A stretch of 64,000 nucleotides of DNA from an uncultured Gammaproteobacteria bacterium (lineage in GTDB: Bacteria; Patescibacteriota; Microgenomatia; UBA12405; JAHJSD01). A program made the translations under genes and the position numbers. The stretch spans positions 24,210 to 88,209 of the forward strand of contig CAZCGQ010000004.1 of the NCBI GenBank assembly GCA_964498425.1, in the 5' to 3' direction. Position 1 is the first letter of the stretch, and every line of letters begins with the position of its first letter. Positions 10,196 through 18,590 of the stretch are shown here, one piece after another. Below the pieces are notes generated by a model. That model saw only the letters and a program-made list of their open reading frames with translations. It ran no database searches and was not told the DNA's origin.

Positions 10196-10647
10196 TGAAA
10201 AAACTACTTAAGTTTATTAAAAAGTACCGATTAATTATCACCCTGGCTGTAATTGCGGGCGTTCTCTTAGCAGTCAGAATGTTCCTTACTGCCGAAGAAG
10301 AACCTAGCCAATACCCCAAACCAACGCCCCGTCCAACTTCCGAAATACCACTGCCAACCGAAAAGCCAATTTCACCAACGGCGACTCCCGGACAACCAAC
10401 AGAACCTTACGGTAAAGGTGTAACCGAAGAAGAGTTCGTTCAACAAACGCTAAACAAATATCCTCTTCTTCCCTATCTACCTTATGAGCAAGATGAGGAT
10501 ATTGAAATTGCTTACACTCAACCCTTAACCATTAAGGTTAGTAAGCCCGGAGCAATAACCGCCGAAGATAAAAAGGAAGTTTTAATCTGGATTAGAGACA
10601 AAGACGTTAACCCCGATACTCATGAGATTCAATGGCAAGTTGAATAA
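10186..10647 (+). CDS. Small membrane-anchored protein with Pro/Thr-rich linker (paralog 1)
   Basis: N-terminal TM (LIITLAVIAGVLLAV) then PKPTPRPTSEIPLPTEKPISPTATPGQPTEP. Its start overlaps the stop of the upstream gene (ATGA). Confidence 0.5.
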   Translation: MSIMKKLLKFIKKYRLIITLAVIAGVLLAVRMFLTAEEEPSQYPKPTPRPTSEIPLPTEKPISPTATPGQPTEPYGKGVTEEEFVQQTLNKYPLLPYLPYEQDEDIEIAYTQPLTIKVSKPGAITAEDKKEVLIWIRDKDVNPDTHEIQWQVE

Positions 10648-10650
10648 ACT

Positions 10651-10959
10651 ATGGCCAAATTTTTCAAAAAATATTCTCTGGTTTTACTAATTTCAGTCAT
10701 TGCCGGCCTTCTTCTTGGATTCAAAACCCTTGATTCTTCTGATCAACAAAATGTCTTGCCTACTCCTACACCAACTCCAACTACTGGCCCCATTTCAACA
10801 CCATCACCAGTGCCAATACCAACCTTAAACCTCTTGCCAAATCTATCTGATGAGGAAATCGAAGAGTTACGTGATGAAATCGGTATCGACCCCAACGCCT
10901 CCGATGAAGAAAATATTCAAAAAATTCTCGAATGGCTAGAATTAGAAGATAGAAACTAG
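10651..10959 (+). CDS. Small membrane-anchored protein with Pro/Thr-rich linker (paralog 2)
   Basis: Same architecture as 10186-10647: MAKFFKKYSLVLLISVIAGLLLG then PTPTPTPTTGPISTPSPVPIPT. The 3' end runs into an AGAAGATAGAA tandem repeat. Confidence 0.5.
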   Translation: MAKFFKKYSLVLLISVIAGLLLGFKTLDSSDQQNVLPTPTPTPTTGPISTPSPVPIPTLNLLPNLSDEEIEELRDEIGIDPNASDEENIQKILEWLELEDRN

Positions 10960-10978
10960 AAGATAGAATTTAGAAGTT
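10941..10978. repeat. Tandem tagaagatagaa(a/t) repeat; a related copy lies at 44741-44775
   Basis: gaattagaagatagaaactagaagatagaatttagaag. A similar ggaagatagaaattagaagctggaagataggga is at 44741-44775. Confidence 0.5.
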
Positions 10979-11041
10979 AAATATAGGGATATAAATAAAA
11001 TAAAGTATTCTTTCTTCCATATTCCATCTTCAATTTTCTAT

Positions 11042-12181
11042 TTACAAATCCACTTTAACCGGCATGATGATGTGCAGCCAGTTTTTATCTGAAGGAATCT
11101 TGAACATTCCCGGAGTTAAGGCTTCATTAAATTCCATTTGAACCTGCTGTTCACTTGAAGGAACAGCCTTGAGAAAGTCAAGCATAAACCGATAGTTAAA
11201 GGCTATTTCTAAATCATCTCCTTCTATTTGTGCTCCAACCTCAGTTTTGTTTTCTCCAACACTGGGGGCATTGGAGGAAATGGCTACTTTACCTTTACCA
11301 ACATTAAATTTAACTACATTGGCTGACTCCCGGGCAAAAACAGATGCCATCCGAACAGACTGATGAAATTCTTCTTTGTCAACTAAAACCTTGGTTGAAG
11401 TTTCCTCGGGAATAATTTTTTGATATTCAGGGAACTCACCTTCAATTAATCGTGAGGTTAATTGTAAATCGGGCAGAACAAAAACCACTTGATTTTCATC
11501 TTCAGTTAAGCCAACTTTCAGTTCGCTTTCTCCAGATGCAAGCCTTACAATTTCTGTTAAACTACGGGCTGGAATTAAGAAATTACCTGAATTTTCTGTT
11601 TTGTCCATATTAACCTCAACACCTGAAACATCACGAAGAGATAATCGGTAACCATCAGTAGATACCATTCGATAACCGTCTTTTGAAAATTCCCAATTAA
11701 CCGCAGCTAAAACTGGTCGAGCGTCATCATCGGCAGCAGCAAAACCAACAAAGTTAACCGCTTCTTCTAAATTAGCTAGAGGTAAAGAGGCTGTTTTCCC
11801 CTGGTCAATTACTGGAATTTCTGGAAATTCTTCCGCATCCATTCCAGCGAATGAACTTTCCCCTTGACTGGAACTGATTTTAACCTGACCTTGTTTTACC
11901 GTTTCCAGTTCTAGCTTTCCGGGAGAAAGATAAGAAACAAATTCCGAAATTTCTTTAGCGGGGACAGTTATCTGGCCGGGCTTTTCTACTTTGGCATCAA
12001 TCCAATACTGAATACCAATATCAAGGTTAGTTGCTGATAACTTAAGCCGGTTATTTTTATCGGCTGAAAAAAGAACATTAGCCAAGACCGGAAGCTGAGG
12101 ACGAGATGCAATAAATCTTGAAACAACCGATAAACTTTGGTTAAGGTCTTCTTGAAGAACTTCTAATTTCATGTTAACCAA
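11042..12181 (-). CDS. dnaN: DNA polymerase III beta subunit (sliding clamp)
   Basis: MKLEVLQEDLNQSLSVVSRFI...LPVLANVLFSADKNNRLKLSATNLDIGI, typical DnaN N-terminus and length (379 aa). Confidence 0.85.
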   Translation of the reverse strand: MVNMKLEVLQEDLNQSLSVVSRFIASRPQLPVLANVLFSADKNNRLKLSATNLDIGIQYWIDAKVEKPGQITVPAKEISEFVSYLSPGKLELETVKQGQVKISSSQGESSFAGMDAEEFPEIPVIDQGKTASLPLANLEEAVNFVGFAAADDDARPVLAAVNWEFSKDGYRMVSTDGYRLSLRDVSGVEVNMDKTENSGNFLIPARSLTEIVRLASGESELKVGLTEDENQVVFVLPDLQLTSRLIEGEFPEYQKIIPEETSTKVLVDKEEFHQSVRMASVFARESANVVKFNVGKGKVAISSNAPSVGENKTEVGAQIEGDDLEIAFNYRFMLDFLKAVPSSEQQVQMEFNEALTPGMFKIPSDKNWLHIIMPVKVDL

Positions 12182-12403
12182 TCTTAACCGACAGACCCCT
12201 TTCTGTCAATGCTGTTTTTCCCACATTTTATTTACTCGGGGTTATTATAATATCACCTTGGAGGTGTAATTAGGTATACACCTTGGGAAATTTTCTTTTT
12301 CTTCATTTTCAGTGTTTAACCCAAAAGGATTACAAGGAAAAAATGGAGAATTATCGAAGCTGGAAATACATTGATTATGAATTAATTATGATAAAATTGG
12401 CCA

Positions 12404-13174
12404 ATGTTAAGAGAAATGCAACAATATATTGATAACGTATCTTGCCTGTGGAAAGAGCAACCCGAAGAAGATGTCTTACGGTATTCTGAATACCTTATGA
12501 GTCAGTTTTCTACCAATTCTCAAGTTACGGCATTCATATCAGGAATGATAAGAATGGCAATTGTCAGTGAAGATACTATTTATAAGCAAATAGCTACTGC
12601 ATGTTTTAGATCCGCAAAAAAACAAAACATCTTTCCGTTGGATTTGCTGCCAGTAAAACTCCCGCCCGAGGATGGAGGTAGTTCTCTACAAATATCTATA
12701 GAAAAAGCTTCAGAAGTTTCTAGTAAACAACAGGAGCAAGAAAAAACTGTTGGATTACTACATGGTCATTATAGATTACTGACTCCAGGCAATTTAGCTA
12801 ATATTGCACTAACAAATACTGAATGTGACGTTTTACTGCTCGGCATGGAAAGAGGTAGCAGAACAGCAAAATATAAAGGGGTCGATCCGGTTTATAGTGA
12901 CTGGGAGAGGGCAGTAATGGTTTTAGCTTCTGGACTTTCTGATTATTTAGTTTGGATCTCGAGATTAGATTATTCGAACGACGGCTATCGACGAATGGTT
13001 GAGGATATTTGTCCGAATATTTACTTTGGTAATGCCGGTGATCCGGTCTCGTTGCGAGAAGAAATGCAATTTAGAGCCAACACTATTGGAGCTGAATACC
13101 ATGAGATAAAAAGAATTAAAAGCTTCTCTTCAACAGATTTCAAGGAAGGAAATGTAATTGTACCAGTTCTATAG
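12404..13174 (+). CDS. Hypothetical protein, possible nucleotidyltransferase-like C-terminal half
   Basis: The C-terminal segment LLHGHYRLL...ERAVMVLASGLSDYLVWIS...YFGNAGD loosely resembles the cytidylyl/adenylyltransferase fold. The match is weak. Confidence 0.25.
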   Translation: MLREMQQYIDNVSCLWKEQPEEDVLRYSEYLMSQFSTNSQVTAFISGMIRMAIVSEDTIYKQIATACFRSAKKQNIFPLDLLPVKLPPEDGGSSLQISIEKASEVSSKQQEQEKTVGLLHGHYRLLTPGNLANIALTNTECDVLLLGMERGSRTAKYKGVDPVYSDWERAVMVLASGLSDYLVWISRLDYSNDGYRRMVEDICPNIYFGNAGDPVSLREEMQFRANTIGAEYHEIKRIKSFSSTDFKEGNVIVPVL

Positions 13175-13524
13175 CCTTACACACTTTATCATGGATAAAA
13201 AATATTACCTTAAAGTTTAAGTTTAATAATCATCTTGGGAGATTTTTTCTTTTCCCCATTTTGGATTTAAATGGAGTTAATAGATATTTGAGTATTTAAT
13301 ATAGTAGTAGTATTAGTATAGTCGGTGGAAATGTGAATTATCCTACTTTGGCTGGGCGTAACTAAGCTGTTGAAAAACAGATAAATGAAGCTTTTTCACC
13401 GAAAGAACAAAAAAGACGTAATTATTTATCTGATAATCTTCTACTTGTTATCGACTATAGGAAGTGGAAAAGGCAAAGTTTTTGGGGAGAAAATTGTGGA
13501 TAAATAAAGGGGTTTTGTGGAATA
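13175..13524. other. oriC: Candidate chromosomal replication origin (AT-rich, with DnaA boxes) between dnaA and the dnaN region
   Basis: Perfect DnaA box TGTGGATAA at 13495-13503 and degenerate boxes (CATGGATAA 13191-13199, TTATCCTAC 13337-13345, TTATCTGAT). Strongly AT-rich and directly downstream of dnaA. Confidence 0.35.
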
Positions 13525-14940
13525 CTAAGAATATATTGTCTTTCTCATTTCCAGAATATCGTGACGAATTTCTTGATTGGTGGAAAACAAGCGGTCAACT
13601 TTTTCTTCAGAGTGCATAATCGTTGTATGATCCCGTCCGCCAAGAATTTCCCCAACTCTTTTTAATGGATATTCCAGTTCTTTTCGTAAAAGGTAAGCAG
13701 CTATGTGCCTAGCTGTTGCCACTTCTTTCTTTCGCGATCTCCCTTTAACTTCTTTGGTTTTCAAATCATAATGGTTGGCAACAACAGACAAAATTCTTCG
13801 ATAGGATATTGATTTTCTTTTTTTAGATTGTTTTTTGATCCCAAAAAAGTTTTTCACATAGCCGAGGTTTGGCTGTTGATTATCGGCAGTAGCTGCGGCC
13901 GCAATTTGGGTCAATTTTCCTTCTAATTCTCGGGCATTGGATTCGATTGTTTCAGCAATAAAGGTGATGGCATCTTCGGTGATGTTAATTCCTCGCTGTT
14001 CAGATTTTTGTTTAAGGATTGCTACCCGCATTTCAAAATCCGGTGACTGGACGTCAACTGTCAGCCCGCCCATGAATCGGGAAGTTAGTCTATCCTTAAG
14101 GGGTTGAACTTCTTCCGGTTTACGGTCAGAGGTTAAAATAACTTGTTTCTGGTTAAGGTAGAGGTCGTTAAAAGTGTGGAAAAACTCATCTTGAATGTAT
14201 TCTTTACCGGCGATGAATTGGACATCGTCAACTAGGAAAACGTCGACTTGACGGTATTTGTGCTTAAATTTATTTGTTGTTTGATCTTTCAATGAAGCGA
14301 CGAGTTCATTTCCAAAAGTTTCTGCTGAAATGCACAGAACTTTCCAATCTGGGTTGTCTTGACTGAGTTGATTACCAATAGCGTGGAGAAGATGTGTTTT
14401 ACCAACACCGACCCCGCCCCAAAGAAAAAGAGGGTTATAGGCGGTTCCTGGTTGTTTAACAATTCCTTGGGCGGCAGCAAAGGCGAAGTGATTGGTATCG
14501 CCGACAACAAAGTTGCTAAAGTTGAATCGTGGACTAAGCCCAGAGCGTCTATTAAAAGAGTTGTTTGGGGCTAGTGGCTGGCCGTTAGCAGATGCAGAAA
14601 CATTGTGTTTCGAGCCTTGCCTCGTCGAAGCCTTTGGCGAAGGCGGGTTTTCTTGAAAAAGCGGCCCCGTCTCACCCTTTTTCTCCTTTGGCTTTTCCAC
14701 CTCGAAAATTAAAGTGGATTGTTCACCAGTTTGTCTATCTAGGGCGGATTGAACTAGACTGGCATAGCGTTTTTTTATCAGGTCTGCCAGGTAAGAGTTA
14801 GGGCAAACAATTGTTGCTTTTTTGTTTTTGTAGTTTTTAAGCTCGGTGTTAGAAAAAAGAGTAGTAAATATTGTTTTAGACAAAGAAAGTTTAAGTTCGG
14901 CTAAAACACTAGACCAAAGTGAATCTAAATTTTGTTTCAC
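13525..14940 (-). CDS. dnaA: Chromosomal replication initiator protein DnaA
   Basis: AAA+ Walker A GVGKTHLLHAIGN and C-terminal DnaA signature helix ...HTTIMHSEEKV. 471 aa. Confidence 0.9.
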   Translation of the reverse strand: MKQNLDSLWSSVLAELKLSLSKTIFTTLFSNTELKNYKNKKATIVCPNSYLADLIKKRYASLVQSALDRQTGEQSTLIFEVEKPKEKKGETGPLFQENPPSPKASTRQGSKHNVSASANGQPLAPNNSFNRRSGLSPRFNFSNFVVGDTNHFAFAAAQGIVKQPGTAYNPLFLWGGVGVGKTHLLHAIGNQLSQDNPDWKVLCISAETFGNELVASLKDQTTNKFKHKYRQVDVFLVDDVQFIAGKEYIQDEFFHTFNDLYLNQKQVILTSDRKPEEVQPLKDRLTSRFMGGLTVDVQSPDFEMRVAILKQKSEQRGINITEDAITFIAETIESNARELEGKLTQIAAAATADNQQPNLGYVKNFFGIKKQSKKRKSISYRRILSVVANHYDLKTKEVKGRSRKKEVATARHIAAYLLRKELEYPLKRVGEILGGRDHTTIMHSEEKVDRLFSTNQEIRHDILEMRKTIYS

Positions 14941-14947
14941 AAAATTT

Positions 14948-15045
14948 AATTTCGAAATCCGAATATCGAAATTCGAAAAGTTTTGAATTTGATAATTTTT
15001 AATTTGATCATTGTTTCGTATTTCGTGCTTCGTGTTTCGGGTTTG
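14948..15045. repeat. Intergenic TTCGAAAT / CGTGCTTCG repeat-family copies upstream of dnaA and rnpA
   Basis: aatttcgaaatccgaatatcgaaattcgaaaagtttt and gtttcgtatttcgtgcttcgtgtttcgggttt. Segment 14961-14984 is the exact reverse complement of 61424-61447. Confidence 0.55.
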
Positions 15046-15141
15046 GAGCCGATTATTAAATCGGCGAGGGGGTTATTAACATTGTAAGATTTTTTTCCAC
15101 AATTGACAAGAGGCAAAATGATTTGTGTTATAATTCTACTC

Positions 15142-15483
15142 ATGGCTTTGCCAAAAGAATTCCGATTGAAGAAGCAGAAAGAATTTGATAAGGTAAAGCA
15201 GCAAGGCCAAACGGTTCACTCCTCCTTGTTTGTTGTTTCATACATCGACAATCAGAGTGATGGACCGAAATTTGGATTTGTTGTCTCGAAGAAAATTGAC
15301 AAAAAGGCAGTAGTTAGAAACAAAATTCGGCGGAGGCTAAGCGAAGCAATTCGATGTTTGTTTCCGCAGTTAAAAAAGGATATCTACGCTGTTTTCTTGG
15401 TCAAGAAAAGAATAAAAGAGGCAAATTTTAAAGAAATTAAAGAGGAAATCGAGAGTATATCCCAATTATTAGGGGAAAAGTAA
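15142..15483 (+). CDS. rnpA: RNase P protein component
   Basis: KEFRLKKQKEFDKVKQQGQTVHSSLFVV...FGFVVSKKIDKKAVVRNKIRRRLSEA, typical RnpA. The start is placed at the internal ATG at 15142; the ORF-track start at 15103 lies inside a promoter-like TTGACA...TGTTATAAT. Confidence 0.75.
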   Translation: MALPKEFRLKKQKEFDKVKQQGQTVHSSLFVVSYIDNQSDGPKFGFVVSKKIDKKAVVRNKIRRRLSEAIRCLFPQLKKDIYAVFLVKKRIKEANFKEIKEEIESISQLLGEK

Positions 15484-15516
15484 ATGCGATAATAATTCGG
15501 AGAATATGCGGTAAAT

Positions 15517-16275
15517 ATGTGGCAGACACTATTATTACAACCATTATTAAATGCCTTAATTGCTTTTTATCACTTGTTTGGTAATTTAGGAGCAGCAATT
15601 ATTGGTTTAACCGTTAGTTTACGCACTTTGCTTTTACCGTTAACTTTACCAACTTTGAAAACAGCCGAAAAAATGAAGGAGATTGCTCCTAAGTTGGAAA
15701 AATTAAAAAAGAAACACAAGGACGATAAAGAAGCTTTAGCCAAGGCTCAAATGGCTCTTTACCGAGAAGCGGGTGTTAAGCCGTTCGCCGGTTTTTTACC
15801 TCAAATCCTTCAAATTGTTATTTTAATTGCTTTATATCAGGCCTTCCGGCGGGTATTGGGAGATAATGGTGGAGTGGCTAAGGTTAATGACCTTCTTTAT
15901 TCTTTCTTGAAGCTTCCGGAGTCGGCAGAGTTAAGCTTGCGATTTCTATATTTAAAATTAACGGAACCGGATACGATAGCCCTGTTTGGCCGGCAGGTAC
16001 CAGGCCCCTTTTTGATTGGAGCGGCAGTTACTCAATTTTTATCCGCTAGGGTAATGATGCCGGCAGCAGAAAAGGAAAAGGAAGTAGCTAAGGAGACCGA
16101 GGATAAGGCAGATGACTTTTCTTCGATGATGAGAACTCAGTCAATGTATTTATTCCCAATAATGACTCTCTTTATTGGTATGCAGTTCCCATCGGGTTTG
16201 GTCCTTTATTGGTTTGTTTTTAGTTTGTTTAATTTGGCCCAACAGTTTATAATTCGGAAATTAAAAGCGAAGTGA
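15517..16275 (+). CDS. yidC: Membrane protein insertase YidC (short form)
   Basis: Multi-TM protein with YidC/Oxa1 conserved blocks (LLPLTLPTLKTAEKMKEIAPKLEKLKKK...GFLPQILQIVILIALY). Confidence 0.8.
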   Translation: MWQTLLLQPLLNALIAFYHLFGNLGAAIIGLTVSLRTLLLPLTLPTLKTAEKMKEIAPKLEKLKKKHKDDKEALAKAQMALYREAGVKPFAGFLPQILQIVILIALYQAFRRVLGDNGGVAKVNDLLYSFLKLPESAELSLRFLYLKLTEPDTIALFGRQVPGPFLIGAAVTQFLSARVMMPAAEKEKEVAKETEDKADDFSSMMRTQSMYLFPIMTLFIGMQFPSGLVLYWFVFSLFNLAQQFIIRKLKAK

Positions 16276-16334
16276 CTCCTGAGAGGTGTGCGCATGCACT
16301 CCTCTGAGGTGTTGCGTAGCGAAATATAAAAAAT

Positions 16335-16793
16335 ATGGAAAAAGAAAATATTGAATTGGTTCAAAAATTAGCCAAAGAACTATTTGATAACCTTGATCAG
16401 GAGGTTGAGTTGGAAGTAGTTGAAGAAGACGAGGCAATCAAGATAAACATTTCCTCGGAAGACCCGGGGCCGTTAATTGGCTTTCACGGGAAGACACTAT
16501 CTTCTATACAGCTAATTTTAGGCCTGATGGTTTTTCAAAAGCTTGGGGAATGGCAGCAAATTGTTGTTGATGTGGATAATTATCGTCAAGAACAAATAAA
16601 GCGTTTGCAGAAAATTGCTTTAAATTCAGCTAAAAGGGCAAAGTTTTCCGGCCGGCCTGTTGCTTTATCGCCAATGACCCCTTTTGAACGAAGAATAATT
16701 CATACCACCTTAAATGACGACCCATCGGTTACTACCGAATCCGAAGGTGACTCGCCGTACCGTTACGTTGTCATCACTCCAAAAACCAGCTGA
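16335..16793 (+). CDS. jag: Jag/KhpB-like RNA-binding protein (KH + R3H domains)
   Basis: C-terminal R3H signature FERRIIHTTLNDDPSVTTESEGDSPYRYVVITP. Conserved position after yidC. Confidence 0.7.
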   Translation: MEKENIELVQKLAKELFDNLDQEVELEVVEEDEAIKINISSEDPGPLIGFHGKTLSSIQLILGLMVFQKLGEWQQIVVDVDNYRQEQIKRLQKIALNSAKRAKFSGRPVALSPMTPFERRIIHTTLNDDPSVTTESEGDSPYRYVVITPKTS

Positions 16794-16814
16794 CCGCGTC
16801 ATATATAATAGTAT

Positions 16815-17264
16815 ATGAAGAAAATCGTTAATAAAAATGCCTATCGCAGGTATGAGGTTGAAGACACTCTTGAAGCAGGGATTGCTTTGACAGGAGCGGA
16901 GGCCAAGGCTATCCGAACCCGAGGGATTGAGCTTAGGGATTCCTTTGTTAAGATAATTGAGGGGGAACCCTACCTAATTAACGCCGTTATTCATCCTTAT
17001 CCCTTTGCCCGTCGGGAAGATCAGGATATGGCTAGAAGCAGGAAATTGCTTTTGAAGGAAGGCGAAATTAAGAAACTCATTGAAAAGAAAGGGCAAAAAT
17101 TGACGATTGTACCTCTTGCGTGTTATACTAAGGGCCGTTGGATCAAGGTACTTTTAGGTATTGGGAAGAGAAAGACAAAGCACAAGCGTAAACAAGATTT
17201 AATAGAGAAAGAGATAGATAGAAAAATTCGAAGCACGAAGCTCGAATTTCGAAACAATAATTAA
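16815..17264 (+). CDS. smpB: SsrA-binding protein SmpB
   Basis: AYRRYEVEDTLEAGIALTGAEAKAIRTRGIELRDSFVKI..., canonical SmpB. A tmRNA gene follows directly. Confidence 0.85.
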   Translation: MKKIVNKNAYRRYEVEDTLEAGIALTGAEAKAIRTRGIELRDSFVKIIEGEPYLINAVIHPYPFARREDQDMARSRKLLLKEGEIKKLIEKKGQKLTIVPLACYTKGRWIKVLLGIGKRKTKHKRKQDLIEKEIDRKIRSTKLEFRNNN

Positions 17265-17316
17265 ATTTAAAATAAAAATTTCAAAACTTTTCGGGTTTCG
17301 AATTTCGGATTTAAGG
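17226..17316. repeat. Intergenic repeat-family copies (CGAAGCACGAAG, TTTCGAATTTCGGATTTAAG) between smpB and ssrA
   Basis: aattcgaagcacgaagctcgaatttcgaaacaa at 17226-17256 and aaacttttcgggtttcgaatttcggatttaagg at 17284-17316. The latter resembles 61424-61500. Confidence 0.55.
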
Positions 17317-17341
17317 TTTTCTCGTGTATTGCACGAGGAAA

Positions 17342-17694
17342 GGGGATGTAATAGATTCGACGGAAAAAGCACGTTTAAAAACAGCAAGCTCTCTTTGGTA
17401 AAAGAGGTTAAACAGACCAAAACAAAACATGCCGAATCAAACTTTGGCACTCCGGCATACGCTTTTGCGTAATCTCGGAGCATCTGCTTGTTTCTTGTCT
17501 AGGGAAACAGGTTAGGTGACAACTTGCTAGACTTTTTCTTTTTAAATTGGCCGACTAAAGAGAAGAAAATTAGGCCAGTGCTAATTGCAGTTTTGAATAT
17601 TGTCTAACAATTAGCCGTAACTAAAATATTCTAAGCTTGTAGACGTTTTTATCGTATTTTTCTGGACCCGCGGTCACTCCGCGGCATCTCCACC
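17342..17694 (+). ncRNA. ssrA: tmRNA (transfer-messenger RNA)
   Basis: 5' GGGGATGTAATAGATTCGACGG matches the conserved tmRNA 5' acceptor/D-analogue (compare E. coli GGGGCUGAUUCUGGAUUCGACGGG). The 3' end GGAC-CCGCG-GTCACTC-CGCGG-CATCTCC-ACC forms a T-arm plus a 7-bp acceptor stem complementary to the 5' GGGGATG (one G-U). The internal tag frame ends ...PAYAFA-TAA at 17470. Immediately downstream of smpB. Confidence 0.65.
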
Positions 17695-17768
17695 GAGCGG
17701 AGTATTTCCTCGGACGGTGTTCCGAAGGAATTCCTCCGAGGTGGTACGAAGCGGAAGGTATAAAAACT

Positions 17769-18590
17769 ATGAGTAATAAAACTAAGAAAACTAAAAAACA
17801 AAAGGCTAAGGACTCAAAGCCGAAGGCGAAAAAATCAGCTACCAGTAGTAGACCGACCCTTAAGGTTGAAAAAAGGGAGTTGACTGGGCGGAAGGTTAAA
17901 AATCTTAGACAAGACGGTTTTTTGCCGGCTAGTGTTTATGGTCGGGAAATTGACTCAATGAGTTTAAAGGCTGATCTCCAAGCATCCAAGGAAATATTTA
18001 ATCAAGTTGGAGAAACTAGCCTTATTGATCTCAATGTTAAAGGCGAAAAGTCAAATCGTCCTGTTCTTATTAAAAATCCTCAATATGACCCAATTACAGA
18101 TAATCTTCTCCATATTGATTTCCATCAGGTTGATTTAAGTCAAAAGGTTACTGCCGAAGTTCCGGTGGAATTGGCTGGCAAATCGCCAGCGGCGGAATCC
18201 GGGGAAGGTGTTTTAGTTCAACTGGTTAGTGAGTTGGAAGTAGAAGCTTTGCCGACGGAATTACCGGAAAAATTTGTTGTTGATGTCAGTGGATTAGAGG
18301 AAGTAGACGATACGGTAACTATTGGCGACATGGAAAAGTACTCTGAAGAAGTTGAGATTAAGGCAGAAAAGGATCAGATTCTAGCCAAGGTCGAGCCATT
18401 GCTTGAGGAAATAGAGGAACCAACTGTTCCGGAAGAAGACCTTCTCGTTGGTGAAGAAGAGTTGGTTGAAGGTGAAGTACCAGTAGAAGAAGAAGCGGAA
18501 GAGGGTGAGGCTCAGCCAGCTGGCGGGCAAGCTCAGCCAGAGGCAAAACAAGCACCGAAAGAAAAATCTGGCCAAGATGAAGCTAAATAA
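17769..18590 (+). CDS. rplY: 50S ribosomal protein L25 / general stress protein Ctc form, with acidic C-terminal extension
   Basis: KVEKRELTGRKVKNLRQDGFLPASVYG, L25 N-terminal signature. Long Glu-rich tail. Confidence 0.75.
   Translation: MSNKTKKTKKQKAKDSKPKAKKSATSSRPTLKVEKRELTGRKVKNLRQDGFLPASVYGREIDSMSLKADLQASKEIFNQVGETSLIDLNVKGEKSNRPVLIKNPQYDPITDNLLHIDFHQVDLSQKVTAEVPVELAGKSPAAESGEGVLVQLVSELEVEALPTELPEKFVVDVSGLEEVDDTVTIGDMEKYSEEVEIKAEKDQILAKVEPLLEEIEEPTVPEEDLLVGEEELVEGEVPVEEEAEEGEAQPAGGQAQPEAKQAPKEKSGQDEAK

Noticed and set aside
14941-15141. Looked for rpmH (ribosomal protein L34) upstream of rnpA, and considered the ORF-track start of rnpA at 15103
   Set aside because: No 44-aa L34-like ORF in any frame. 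The ATG at 15103 sits inside the TTGACA/TGTTATAAT promoter-like sequence, so the ATG at 15142 (MALPKEF...) was preferred.
17460-17768. Considered whether the tmRNA extends to about 17760, or whether an independent ncRNA or leader lies between ssrA and rplY
   Set aside because: The acceptor-stem complement and T-arm close at 17694. The GC-rich nested hairpins at 17700-17760 are more simply an rplY 5' leader. No known family could be assigned by eye.
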